Assembly (NCBI GenBank): GCA_951406725.2
Contig: OX597831.1
Span: 75,144,001-75,208,000, forward strand
DNA length: 64,000 nt
DNA from: Octopus vulgaris
Lineage: Eukaryota
Reading direction: 5' to 3'
The notes below the pieces were generated by a model, which was given only the letters and a program-made list of their open reading frames with translations, was not told the DNA's origin and searched no databases. The position numbers and the translations under genes are program-made. Of the stretch, positions 11,735 through 23,898 are shown piece by piece (the stretch's first letter is position 1; every line of letters begins with the position of its first letter).

Positions 11735-12411
11735 ATATATATATATATATATTATATAGTGCTACCTAACTGGCTCCCGTGCCAGTGGCACATAAAAAGC
11801 ACCATCCGAATGTGATCGATGCTAGGCCTGCCTGACTGGCCCCTGTGCTGGGAGCACATAAAAAGCACCCACTGCACTCTCAAAGTGGTTGGCGTTAGGA
11901 AGGGCATCCAGCTGTAGAAACACTGCCAGATCAGATTGGAGCCTGGTGCAGCCATCTGGCTTTCCAGACCTCAGTCAAACCGTCTGACCCATGCCTGCAT
12001 GGAAAGCAGACGTTAAATGATGATGATGATGATGATGATATCATGTGATCAACCAGACTATCAGATTTTGTTATACAACGCTGGTCACAATGCGCTTTGC
12101 ATCATTTCAGCTTTTTCAAATGATGCCAGCCTGCTCGTTAGGCAAGCAGGCCAACATTCCCCCCGGATCAAAGAGATAGTTCATCACAGGGTTAGCCATT
12201 TACAGCTGAGTGGACTGAGGCAACATGAAATGAAGTGTTTTGCTCAAGGGCCCAGTCTGGGAATGAAACCCACAATCTTGCAATCATTAGTTGTTCAACA
12301 CCCCTAACTACCAGCCACACACGTGTGTGTGTGTGTGTGCAGTAATATAGGTAAACATGGTGACAGGACTAAGTCAAAGAAGATGTATAACAATGAAAAA
12401 GGTTGACAAAC

Positions 12412-12488
12412 CTTAAAATCCATGTAATTTTCAATGAGAATCAGAGTGACATGATCAAGAATCGTGAGTCCAGGCAAGTTACTAAAAC
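12412..12488 (-). CDS. CFAP69: CFAP69 exon 15: GFSNLPGLTILDHVTLILIENYMDFK
   Basis: ttgtag acceptor, GTTTGT donor; 77 nt, phase 1 to 0. Confidence 0.9.
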
Positions 12489-13601
12489 CTACAAAGAAAT
12501 ATTAGAACAATTATGGGTTTTTTAGGGGTTTTTTTGGAATTTCCTGGTTCAGTGAATGACCTAGAATTGTGGAACCAATATTGAAAGGCAAACAATTTAG
12601 ATATTATGAAGTCTTTTTGGATTTAGGTTTATAAAGTTAGGCACAAGTGTGAGTAGGGGGTTAGGAGGTCTGCTTCATAATTGGGTGGTCTGGGGTTTGT
12701 TAATCACATGGCACCTTGGGCATGCGTTTTCTACCACAGGCCCAAACTGACCAAAGACTTTGAGTGGAATTGGTAGGCAGAAACTAAGAATCTTAAGAAT
12801 CAGAAACTGTAAGGCGGGGGGGGGGGGGCGCTGGCAGAAACGTTAGCACGCCCGGCGAAATGCAGTATTTCGTATGCCATTACGTTCTGAGTTCAAATTC
12901 TGCCGAGGTCGACTTTGCTTTTCGTCCTTTCGGGGTCGATAAATTAAGTACCAGTTACGCACTGGAGTTGTTTGTCCTTGTTTGTCCCCTCTGTGTTTAG
13001 CCCCTTGTGGGTAGTAAAGAAATAAAAAATAAGAAACTGTAAGAATCTTGTTGTGCATGCATGTGAGTGTAATTAGAAAAGGGGGGGGGGCACAGTGTAG
13101 TGAGACAGGCAACCAAGAGTGGACTCAGTTGTGGGTTCCATACTCCACTCCAGCATACAGTGTAGCATGACATGGGGCATACACTCAGGTCAGGTTGAAG
13201 TGTGGAACCCTAACCAAAAAATAAGAAAAAATATCAATAAAAAACAGGTGTGGTTTTCTAGAACATACACATGTTTCATCAAAATACCACATTAATTATA
13301 TAACAATGGTGCAAACATGGTGCAATCATGCATTTCCCTCTGTTTTGCTTCCATTTGTTCAGACACCAGCTTATCCTTGGCAAGGCTAAAGAAGAGGCTG
13401 GAAGTAAGAAAGTGCCAAGCAAGTACAGAACCAGAGTGATTGGAGCTTAAGGGCAATACATGAAGAAAAAAAAAATGAAAAACCTGTAATGAATCGAAGA
13501 TTATAATTTATTTTTTAGTTTTACTTAAGACCAGATTAAAACAAAAAATAACAAGGAAAGTTTGTTTGAAAGAAAATTCCATTCAAGGAATTTCTACTTA
13601 C

Positions 13602-13739
13602 CTAGTTTGGTAAAAAGACAATAAATTTTGGCCCTCATGTTTTCGGTTACATCCACAATAGCAGGACTGGCACAAAAGGCAGGTTGGAGCACAATACCTT
13701 GCTCTCTTTGGGTCAGACCAGCTAAAGGATTTTTCACAG
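13602..13739 (-). CDS. CFAP69: CFAP69 exon 14: VKNPLAGLTQREQGIVLQPAFCASPAIVDVTENMRAKIYCLFTKL
   Basis: ttttag acceptor, GTAAGT donor; 138 nt, phase 1 to 1. Confidence 0.92.
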
Positions 13740-13792
13740 CTAAAAGGAACAGAAATTATAATAAATATCTTTCCATAGATATGAGGTGCATA

Positions 13793-14196
13793 GGTGCAGG
13801 AGTGGCTGTGTGGTAAGTAGCTTGCTAACCAACCACATGGTTCCGGGTTCAGTCCCACTGCGTGGCATCTTGGGCAAGTGTCTTCTGCTATAGCCCCGGG
13901 CTGACCAATGCCTTGTGAGTGGATTTGGTAGACGGAAACTGAAAGAAGCCTGTCGTATATATGTATATATATATGTGTGTGTTTGTGTGTCTGTGTTTGT
14001 CCCTCTAGCATTGCTTGACAACCGATGCTGGTGTGTTTACGTCCCCGTCACTTAGCGGTTCGGCAAAAGAGACCGATAGAATAAGTACTAGGCTTACAAA
14101 GAATAAGTCCCAGGGTCGATTTGCTCGACTAAAGGCGGTGCTCTAGCATGGCCGCAGTCAAAACGACTGAAACAAGTAAAAGAGAGTAAAGAGAGT
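13793..14196 (+). mobile_element. SINE family A copy, starting 54 nt from the exon 14 acceptor end
   Basis: Near-identical to 7369-7780. Confidence 0.9.
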
Positions 14197-14338
14197 TCCC
14201 TTCTCAACAACATGGGATTGGGTTTCAGTCCCAGTGGGTGGCACCTTGGACAAGGGTAGTTCAGGGTCAACCAAAACCTTGTGAGTGGATATGATAGATG
14301 GAAACTGAAAAGAAGCTCATCATCCATCTCCATATATG

Positions 14339-14673
14339 CGGGGCCATCTTAGCAATGATATGGGGGCCCCAGGTAAATCAGTGCTCTGGGCACTTTACTG
14401 TTTATTTGCTGACAGCAAGCCACAACAAACATAGATCAGAATTGAGCCCCCAGGACCATGAGGTCAAGCATATCAAAACACTGGGCCCTTTAGCATGTAC
14501 CGACAGCAAGCCATGACATAGACTAGAAATGTCCCCATAGACTTATATGTCCTCCGGGCCAATCAGTTCGCTGGGTCCTTTGTTATTTATTTATTGAAAC
14601 CAAGCCATGGGACCCTTAACCCATGTAACTGCAGAGCAACTACCCAGGGTGCCTCTGCCTTAAGATGGCACTG
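14339..14673. mobile_element. Probable older hAT MITE
   Basis: Termini CGGGGCCATCTTA / TAAGATGGCACTG; flanks CATATATG vs CATTTGTG (6 of 8 match). Confidence 0.5.
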
Positions 14674-16025
14674 CATTTGTGTGTGTGTGTGTGTCTTTTT
14701 AAATTTTAGTTTTATGAAAATCCCCTCCTACAAGCTGTGTTGTTAATTTTGTCACCAAATCATCTGATCAGTTCATGCCATCAAAGACACGTGACATAAA
14801 AGAGTTCTGGTTTCAAAAACAGGTAAGAGATACTAACAGTAAGGGCATACAGCTATAAAACAATGCCTCAATAAAATGTATTCATCTAACCCATGCTAGC
14901 ATAGAAAAACAAAGGTAAAAACAAATGGACGAACCTGGTTCATCCAGTTGATACTCATCAGTTTGTGAACTGCTGCACTGGCTCAGACCATGGACTTGAG
15001 ATTTATTGTTTATTCAACACAGAGAGAAGCAAGCACAATTGGTCAGGGTCCCTGCCTTTGAAATATGCTTGGTCAGATTCAAAACTTCACGCAATGAAGA
15101 CCCTAAAAGCCTACATCCCCTAGATAGCTCCCGGGATCCAAGTAACTCCTTCCTTTTCAGCTGATCATTATCAGATTATCATTAATGCCCAAGACATACC
15201 CAAAAATGTTAACTCATTAACTGCAAAATTAAATTTCCTGATTATTCTAGAAATGAGGCGGAATATTTGTATGCGTGGGTGTGTCTTCATGTCTATGTCT
15301 GTCCCCATCATACTTGACAACCGGTGTTGGTTTGGTGATGTTTCTGTAACTTAGCAGTTCGGCAAAAGACACTAACGGAATAAGTATCAGGCTGAACAAA
15401 AAATAAGTTGTGGAGTCAATTCATTCGATTAGAATTCCTCAAGGCAGTGCCCCAGTATGGCCGTAGTCTAATGACTGAAATAATTAAAAGATAAACCAAG
15501 AATTAGGATTGGTATTTTCTGAAAGTCATGGCACTGGGTTTTCCAGTTGATCCAATCAACAGAACAGCCTGCTCGTGAAATTAACATACAAGTGGCTGAG
15601 TACTCCACAGACACACATACCCTTCACGTAGTCCTCAGGGAGATTCAGTGCGACACAGAATGTGACAAGGCCGGCCCCTCTTGAATTGCAGGTACAGCAG
15701 ACATTTTTGCCAGCTGGAGCAACGTGAAATAAAGTGTCTTGCTCAAGGATGTACCAGATATCAAACTCACAACACTACAATTGTGAGCCAAATACCCCGA
15801 ACCACTAGGCCATGTACATTCTTTTATTTGGTTCAGTCACTTGACTGTGGCCATGCAGGAGCACCACCTTCAGTTGAATAAATCGACCTCAGGACTTATT
15901 CTTTGTAAGCCTAGTACTATTCTATCAGTCTCTTCTGCTGAACTTCTAAGTTACGGAGGACATAAACACACCAACATCAGTTGTCAAGCAATGGTAGGGG
16001 GACAAACACAGACACACAAACATAT

Positions 16026-16076
<51 letters not shown>

Positions 16077-16489
16077 GACGGGCTTCTTTCAGTTTTCGTT
16101 GACTAAATCCACTCACAAGGCTTTGGTCAGCCCAAGGCTATAGTAGAAGACACTTGGCCAAGGTGTCATGCAGTGGAACTGAACCCAGAACCATGTAATT
16201 GGTAAGCAAGCTACTTACCACACAGCCACTCCTATGTCTATATCAATAAAAAATAATTTCAAACAGGACATTCCTTGTGACAGATAGGTTGAGATATGAA
16301 ATTGCTTTCTGCAGTCAAAGATATGAAATTTTGAGAGGTCAACGTCTGATTTCCACAGTAAAAAGTGTTAAGTTAACACAAACAAGATACAAATGATAGA
16401 TTAACACTCATCTCCTATTCAACATGGTTCACTGCTCCTCTGAGTATCGACTATAAGAGTTAAAAAAGGGTAAGAATTCTGCGATTTAC

Positions 16490-16688
16490 CTGAAATTAAT
16501 CCCATTGAATCTTTTATCACCTCCATTTCTTTTTCTTCTTCCTGCCAGATTCTACAGAAGAGGTGAGGAGCGGTGATGCTGTGTCTGGAACCTCTCCAAA
16601 TAAGGATGTGTCGTATTGTCTTCTGGTTTGTGTGGCATAGGTCGACCAGAAAGCTTAGGATGGTGCTTCGCATGTTGTGAGGCAAGAT
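16490..16688 (-). CDS. CFAP69: CFAP69 exon 13: ILPHNMRSTILSFLVDLC...WRGSRHSITAPHLFCRIWQEEEKEMEV...GLIS
   Basis: ttgaag acceptor (AAG, weaker), GTAAA donor; 199 nt, phase 0 to 1. Confidence 0.87.
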
Positions 16689-16734
16689 CTTCAAAGGAAG
16701 AATCATTTTATACGTAGGTAAGTAGGTCAGCCAG

Positions 16735-16867
16735 ATATAGATGGACAAAGAAAGAGAGAGAGAGAGAAGGGGGAGAAGTATGGAGGGATGGATGGAGATA
16801 GACAGACAGATAAACAGACAGATAGACAGACAGACAGACATATAGATAAACAGATAGATAGATAAAC

Positions 16868-16898
<31 letters not shown>

Positions 16899-17055
16899 CA
16901 GACACACAGACAGACAGACAGACAGATATAGATAGATAGATAGATAAACAAGTAGATGGATAAAGACACACAGATCAATAATTAGACATAGATAAGTAGG
17001 TAGAGATAGACAGACTGAAAGATAGACACCTAGGTAGAGATAGATAGATACAAAT
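16735..17055. repeat. (GATA)n/(GACA)n compound microsatellite
   Basis: Directly visible; lies just upstream of the exon 13 acceptor in the transcript. Confidence 0.9.
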
Positions 17056-17907
17056 ATAGTCACAAAACCCTGCCAAAACTGACAGAGTAGCCTCGGCTAT
17101 TGTTCTACTTGTCTGGCTCCTGTCAAACAGTCCAATCCATATTGACAATGATACAGACCGACAGGCATACGTACAGACAGACAGACACACGTTCAGACGT
17201 AGGGACAGATACAGAGAGATCGATGGAGATTGAGAGACAGGCAGAGAGAAATAACTGGATATTTTTTATTCAAAAGAGAAGGCTTCTGTGCCGGTGGCAC
17301 ATAAAAAGCACCATCCGAACATGGCAGATGCTAGCGCCGCCTTGGCTGGCTTCCATGCCGGTGGCACGTTAAAAGCACCAACCGATCGTGGCCGATGCCG
17401 GACTCCTCTGGCACCTGTACAGGTGGCATGTAAAAAGCACCCACTACACTCGCGGAGTGGTTGGCGTTAGGAAGGGCATCCAGCTGTAGAAACACTGCCA
17501 GATCAGACTGGAGCCTGGTGCAGCCCCTGGCTTACCAGACCCCGGTTGAACCGTCCAACCCGTGCTAGCGCAGAAAACGGATGTTAAACGATGATGATGA
17601 TGATGATGATGAAGGCAGTGCCCATGACACTTTACAAAGTCTTCAAGGCTGGAAAGATGAAAGAAAGAAAGAAAGAAAGTGGGGAAGTTGTCTTTGAATA
17701 TTATAAAGAAAAGAATTCCTAAAAAAGAATGGATTCTGTTAAAGACAACCAAAGGTACCAAGAGGTGATTTCAAACCAGGTGACAGATTAAGCCCACCAC
17801 TAATCTAAGCCATAGCAGGATTTGAACTTAAAACACTAAGTGTTGGAACAAAAACCACAAGGCATCTGGTTTGATATTCTTCCATTTACATTAATTCACT
17901 GCCCTAA

Positions 17908-18305
17908 GGCGGCAAGCTGGCAGAATCATTAGCACGCCGGGCGAAATACATAGCCGTATTTCGTCTGCCGTTACGTTCTGAGTTCAAATTCCGCCGAGGT
18001 CGACTTTGCCTTTCATCCTTTCGGGGTCGATAGATCAAGTACCAGTTACGCACTGAGGTCGATGTAATCGACTTAATCCATTTGTCTGTCCTTGTTTGTC
18101 CTCTCTGTGTTTAGCCCCTTGTGCGTAGTAAAGAAATAGGTATTTCGTCTGCCATTACGTTCTGAGTTCAAATTCTGCCAAGGTTGACTTTGCCTTTCAT
18201 CCTTTTGGGGTCGATTAAATAAGTTCCAGTTACGCACTGGGGTCGATATAATCGACTTAGTCCCTTCCCCCAAAATCTGAGGCCTTGTGCTTCCAGTAGA
18301 AAGAA
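17908..18305 (+). mobile_element. tRNA-headed SINE family B, tandem dimer (other copies ~12828-13024, 20220-20465, 22704-22932(-), 38722-38937(-), 55008-55240)
   Basis: GGCGGCGAGCTGGCAGAA head, GAGTTCAAATTCC B-box, shared CCTTTCATCCTTTCGGGGTCGATAAATTAAGTACC body; the 22704 copy has a 12-bp TSD CCTAATGATTGT. Confidence 0.85.
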
Positions 18306-18644
18306 CTAATTCACTGTTCTGGGTTGGTACTTTTTTTCCAACCACAAAGGATGGAAAGTAAAGCTGATTTCAACAAGATTTGAACTTAGGACAAACATAT
18401 GAACAAACACACACATATATGTGGGGCTTCCCCATAGTTTCCATCTACCAAATCCACTCTCAAGGCTTTGGTTGGTATGGGACTAGAAGGATGCTATACA
18501 GTAGGACTTGAACCCAAAAGCAAGCTTTTTAACCACACAGCCATGTCTGTGTGTATACAAGTGTGTGTGTGCGTGTGTGAATGTGTGTGTGCATGCACCC
18601 GTGCATGTATGTTTAGCCTTGCATTACTATCAAACTTGACTTAC

Positions 18645-18726
18645 CTCCAAAAGGTCCAAAAGTAGGAAACAGCCTTCATTCTCTAGGAAATGGTTCTCCA
18701 AGAGACTGGAACCAACAACTGCACAC
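18645..18726 (-). CDS. CFAP69: CFAP69 exon 12: CAVVGSSLLENHFLENEGCFLLLDLLE
   Basis: tttcag acceptor, GTAAGT donor; 82 nt, phase 2 to 0. Confidence 0.92.
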
Positions 18727-19794
18727 CTGAAATTCAATATATATATATATATATATATATATGCAAGCATATATACATACACATATGTACATACCTCTAC
18801 ATATTTATGTGTATATATACATGCATATATGGGTACAGGGCGTCAAAAAACCTGAACGAAATGAAAAATGAGAACATAAAAAAACAAAAATATGGAAAAC
18901 AAACTTTTTCTTGAACAACGAAAGAAACAAATCAAGAAATGAGACAGGCAACATAAGGAACAATCCCTTCATCAGTTGTCCCTTCTTTTATCTACTCTGC
19001 ATTTCGAACGTTGGGATAAGACGCAACTTCTTTAAAACAGTCATTCCCGCAAAGTAAATTAAATAAAATTTGAGATTTGCGGAGGGTTGAAGTGGTAACA
19101 AAAACAGAACAGCAGGAACAAAACAGTAAAAACAAATGGTAAGGGCTATTGATATATATATATATATATATATATATAAACGGCAGTTTGTCTGTGTGTG
19201 TTTCTGTGTGTCTGTTAGGTTGTACCCTCACCCTGACCACGGCTTTCAACCGATTCTGATGAAACTTGACACACACATAGCCCAATGTCATAATTCAAAA
19301 CTAACGCAGCGAAAATTTTGAAAAGTTCCCCCAGTTCTGAAAAAAATCGATAAATTCGACATGGGGTCGAGAATCAGAAACACAAACCACAGACTGTCTA
19401 GGGGACGCAACTCGACCTTTTTAACTAAAAAAAAAATTTACCATCATTTTTTTTCCATTTTTTGGCTATAACTCTCTAAAAATGCTTTATAGTTATTTCC
19501 CTTACAAACCCGAGCAACGCTGGGCGATACTGCTAGTATATATATATATTAGAAAACAAACCACCTTTTATCAATTCAATAATGAAAATTTAAATTATAC
19601 CATTTAGAAAAATTACATATTATAGAAAGATTAAATATAAGTTAAAACATATAACAATGATTAAGTAATATATATATACACATACACACGTTTATACAGA
19701 TACACATACATATGAACACATCCTATTCAGTTTAAATAGAAAACAGAGGGAGAGGTTTCAATTCACAGCACTACAAACTTCACCCTGTTAATAT

Positions 19795-20640
19795 AACGGG
19801 TTGACCAAAATGTTCATTTGCTTCATTAACTTGAAAATAAGTCACAGGATTTAAACATAAAGCAATTTATTCAGTCAATGATATAATTGCCATTTAATTT
19901 CACAATCTTTTGCCATCTTTGGAAAGACCCACTATTCCCTGCTCAAATAAATTTCTTCTCTTTACAAATGAAGAACTCTCCCAAATGAATTTTCACAACC
20001 TCTTCACAGCTGAAAGTCTTTCCATTTGAAGAATTTTGAAGAGACCACAATAAGCAGAAATCTGAAGACATGAGCTTGGGCGAATAGAGAGGCTGCAACA
20101 AAACTTCCCAGTTAAGCCCCAAAGGATGTGTGTGATCTACCATTGTTGTGATGAAAGACAATGCCCCAATAGTTAGCAAGTGCTGGACACTTCTGCCTTG
20201 GGGCAGGGAAACAAATTGAAGGTGACAACAGTAGAACCGTTAGCACGCGGGGCGAAATGCGTAGCCATATTTCGTCTGTCGTTATGAGTTCAAATTCTGC
20301 CGAGGTCAACTTTGCCTTTCATCCTTTCGGGGTCGATAAATTAAGTACCAGTTACGCACTGGGGTTGATGTAATCGACTTAATCCTTTTGTCTGTCCTTG
20401 TTTGTCCCCTCTGTGTTTAGCCCCTTGTGGGTAGTAAAGAAAAAATAATAATAATAATAATAATAATATCCTGCTAATCCAACCAAAATGGAAGCATAAC
20501 CTTCTTTGGAGGTTGTTTGTGGTACTTGGCCATGCTTCCTCCATGATTGTTTAAATTTCATGTTATAGACGATCCACTTTTCCTCCCATCACCATTCTCT
20601 TAAAAAAAGGATTGTTTTCTTCATACATCAGCCACACACA
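19795..20640 (-). pseudogene. Decayed mariner transposase remnant interrupted by a family B SINE
   Basis: LYSPKLMSSDFCLLWSLQNSSNGKTF resembles the mariner YSPDLAPSDYHLF motif; frameshifted. Confidence 0.65.
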
Positions 20641-22256
20641 CACACACACATATACATGCGTGTATATGTATGTGAAACCTCTGACCCAGAAATTCTGAAT
20701 CTAAAACTGGAAACTCAATCAATGGTAGACATCAACAACCAAAAATTAATCAAAATAAAACTGATTAAGATTGCTCAGACAAGTGGAATAAATCTTTGAG
20801 ATGTCTAAGGAAATGGTAAAAATATATCATTCAGTACAAAGCCATTTCATTTCTGTTTCCAAAATCCACCCCTCTACATCATGACAATTCAGCCTCACCC
20901 TTCCAATCACTTCTGTATGTCAAACCCTTTCTTGCTGTTGGTCAAAGACAGACAACACCCCACCACCACCACCATTTTTTGGTCAACAAACATTAGTTCT
21001 TCACTATCTTTCAATTTCCTTCTACTTCTTGCTTCCATTTTCTTTAGAACTACTTCAGTTTGTTTGTTTTGATGTTCATCTTTCCATCCATTGGACAAGA
21101 ATATATTTTGAAGCAGGATTTTAAGGCCAGATCCAGCCATCTGTACGGTGCCGCGTAAAAAGCCCTTGGCCCACTTTGTAAAGTGGTTGGCATTAGGAAG
21201 GGCATCCAGCCATAGAAACCATGCCAAAACAGACAACTGGGGCCTGGTGCCACTCTCCAGCTTGTCAGCTCCTGTCAAACCATCCAACCCATGCCAGCAT
21301 GAAAAACCGACGTTAAATGATGATGATTTGTCAGGTCTTTGAGAAGTAGAGAGAAACTGGTCACAGCACCAACAACATCATCATCATCATCATTACCATT
21401 TTAATATTCAATTCTCCATACTTGCATGGCTCAGATGGAATTTGTTGTAGCAGATAACAAATGGCCAGGGGTCCCATCAAGGCACCAACCCACACCTGTT
21501 TCTAATTAAGTTCATTTCCCCCTCCCCCATGGTTGCAAATGTTTTCGAGTTTGGGAATGAAAGACATTGCTTCTGTGACGATTGGTGATGCTCGTTTACA
21601 ACAGTCATGCAATGCCAAGACAAGGAGACACCAACCCACACGTACACACACACACACAAACATGTGTATACACGGTGGGCTTCTTTCAGTTTCCATCTAC
21701 CAAATCCACTCAGAAGACTTTGGTTGGCCCAGGGATATTATAGAAAATACTTGCCCAAGATACCACATGCCAGGGACTGAACCTGGAAAAAAGTGGTTAG
21801 GAAGCGTCCATGTGCATTTAATATATAAGTACTAAAAATTTAATGAGAAATAAATGTGGAAAGGAGAAAAGAGACAATATTAGTTGATGTATCCATTTTT
21901 CAGATAACTCCAGTCATGTTTTGGTTTTATTCTGACCTCATCATTGAAAATTAATTTATCTATTTCATTAACTTCTTTGATTGCTTTATTGTCCAAATTT
22001 GGACTGGTTGGGTGGCGTCTTAATTCTGCAAAGTTCCAATTCTTCAAATTTGGTTATTAATACTTTTGATATCAACCAGCCTGAGATCAATCCTAGTTCT
22101 TGTTCTAAAGTGATCTAAGTTAACCAGGATTTGAAACCAGACTGCAAAGAATCAGAACAAATATGGTGAGACGTTTCTAGTCCTCTACGAACTTGCTACC
22201 ATCATGTAATGAAGTAAAAATTTGAAAATGCAATCAAATAAGAAAATGATTCTTAC

Positions 22257-22375
22257 CAAACGCAGTCAATGGTGGCCAATATCAAAATATGGTAACCGAG
22301 GCCTGAGCTCAGCACTGACAGATCGCATCTTAAGAAACACATTAAGATGTCCAAACCATTGGTGCCAAGTAATTC
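22257..22375 (-). CDS. CFAP69: CFAP69 exon 11: ELLGTNGLDILMCFLRCDLSVLSSGLGYHILILATIDCVW
   Basis: cttcag acceptor, GTAAG donor; 119 nt, phase 0 to 2. Confidence 0.92.
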
Positions 22376-22554
22376 CTGAAGAACAGAATCAAAGACAAAG
22401 ACTTTAACAGAATAAAAGAAAAATGTGTTTCGGTGTCTGCTTTTCCATTCTTACATGGACAGGATGGCGTGTGTATGGTATGATCAGCAAAAAAGTACTC
22501 CATCTGGTGAGAGATAAATATTATTTAATAGGCACAATGTATGTTTTTATGTGC

Positions 22555-23007
22555 TACTATTAGTTTCATGTGATGAGAGCATGCCAGGCAGTATTTTTTA
22601 ACATGTCTAGTGCCCTTGCACAATCATCAAGCACTGCTCACATGGCATAAAAAAACTAAAAAAAACAATTTGTTATGCCATGTGGGCAGTGCCTAATGAT
22701 TGTTAGTTCCTTACTACCCACAAGGGGCTAAACACAGAGGGGAAAAACAAGGACAGACAAAGGGATTAAGTTGATTACATTGACCCCAGTGTGTAACTGG
22801 TACTTAATTTATCGACCCCGAAAGGATGAAAGGCAAAGTCGACCTCAGCGGAATTGGAACTCAGAACATAGCAGCAGATGAAATACTGCCAAGTATTTCG
22901 ACCGGCGTGCTAACGTTTCTGCCAGCTCGCCACCTAATGATTGTGCTACGGCACCAGACATGCTAAAAAGTAGTCTGGCATGCTCTCATTACATGAAACT
23001 AATAGTA
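22555..23007. mobile_element. Fully palindromic MITE split by a family B SINE
   Basis: TACTATTAGTTTCATGT...ACATGAAACTAATAGTA; the arms resume across the SINE TSD. Confidence 0.75.
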
Positions 23008-23755
23008 TTCTTTTATTTGTTACAGTCATTTTGAGTGCAGCCATGCTGGAGCACCACCTTTAGTCGAACAAATCAACCCCAGGTCTTATTCTTTGTAAGC
23101 CTAGTTCTTATTCTATCAGTCTCTTTTGCCGAACCACTAAGTTACTGGGAGGTAAACACCAGCATTGTTTGTCAAGCGATGGTGGGGGGGACAAACACAC
23201 ATACAACAATACACACACACACATGTATGTATATATACACACATATACATATATATACACAGATATATATACACACATATATACACATACACACACACAT
23301 ATATATACATGACGGGCTTCTTTCAGTTTCCGTCTACCAAATCCACTCACAAGGCTTTGGTCGGTCCGAGGCTATTGTAGAAGATATTTGCCCAAGATGC
23401 CATGCAGTGGGACTGAACCCGGAACCATGTGGTTGGAAAGGAAGCCTCTTACCACACAGCCACTCCTGCACCTATTAGCACATAAAAAAATAATATATGA
23501 CCCCAGGACTTATTCTTTGTTAGCCTAGTACTTATTCTATCAGTCTCTTTTGCCGAGTCACTAAGTTACCAGGACATAAACACACCAACACCGGTTGTCA
23601 AGCGATGGTGAGGGGACAAGCAAAACACACACACACGCATATATACATATATATATAGTTAATCCAAACAAGAAAGCACAAAAAAACACAACAATGCGAG
23701 GACGTGGAACAAATATAATATTATTGGACGCTCAGGAAAGAAGGAATGAAGGAGG

Positions 23756-23790
23756 GTTTAACGTTTCGAGCGGAGCTCTTCGTCGGAAAC
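23756..23790 (-). ncRNA. Minimal type-I hammerhead-like motif (U4C core variant) in a ~200-bp element nested in the (TA)n of a SINE
   Basis: Minus strand: GTTT-CCGACGA-A-GAGC(TCC)GCTC-GAAACGTT-AAAC. Confidence 0.6.
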
Positions 23791-23860
23791 ATGGAAGGAA
23801 AAATCCAGAGAAGGGAAGACGGAGGAAAAAAAATCGCCAACGGTACACACGAGGTCACAT

Positions 23861-23898
<38 letters not shown>

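Noticed and set aside
16419-17063. 214-aa ORF as a standalone membrane protein
   Set aside because: Only 16490-16688 is a CFAP69 exon; the hydrophobic part is (TCTA/TCTG)n microsatellite.
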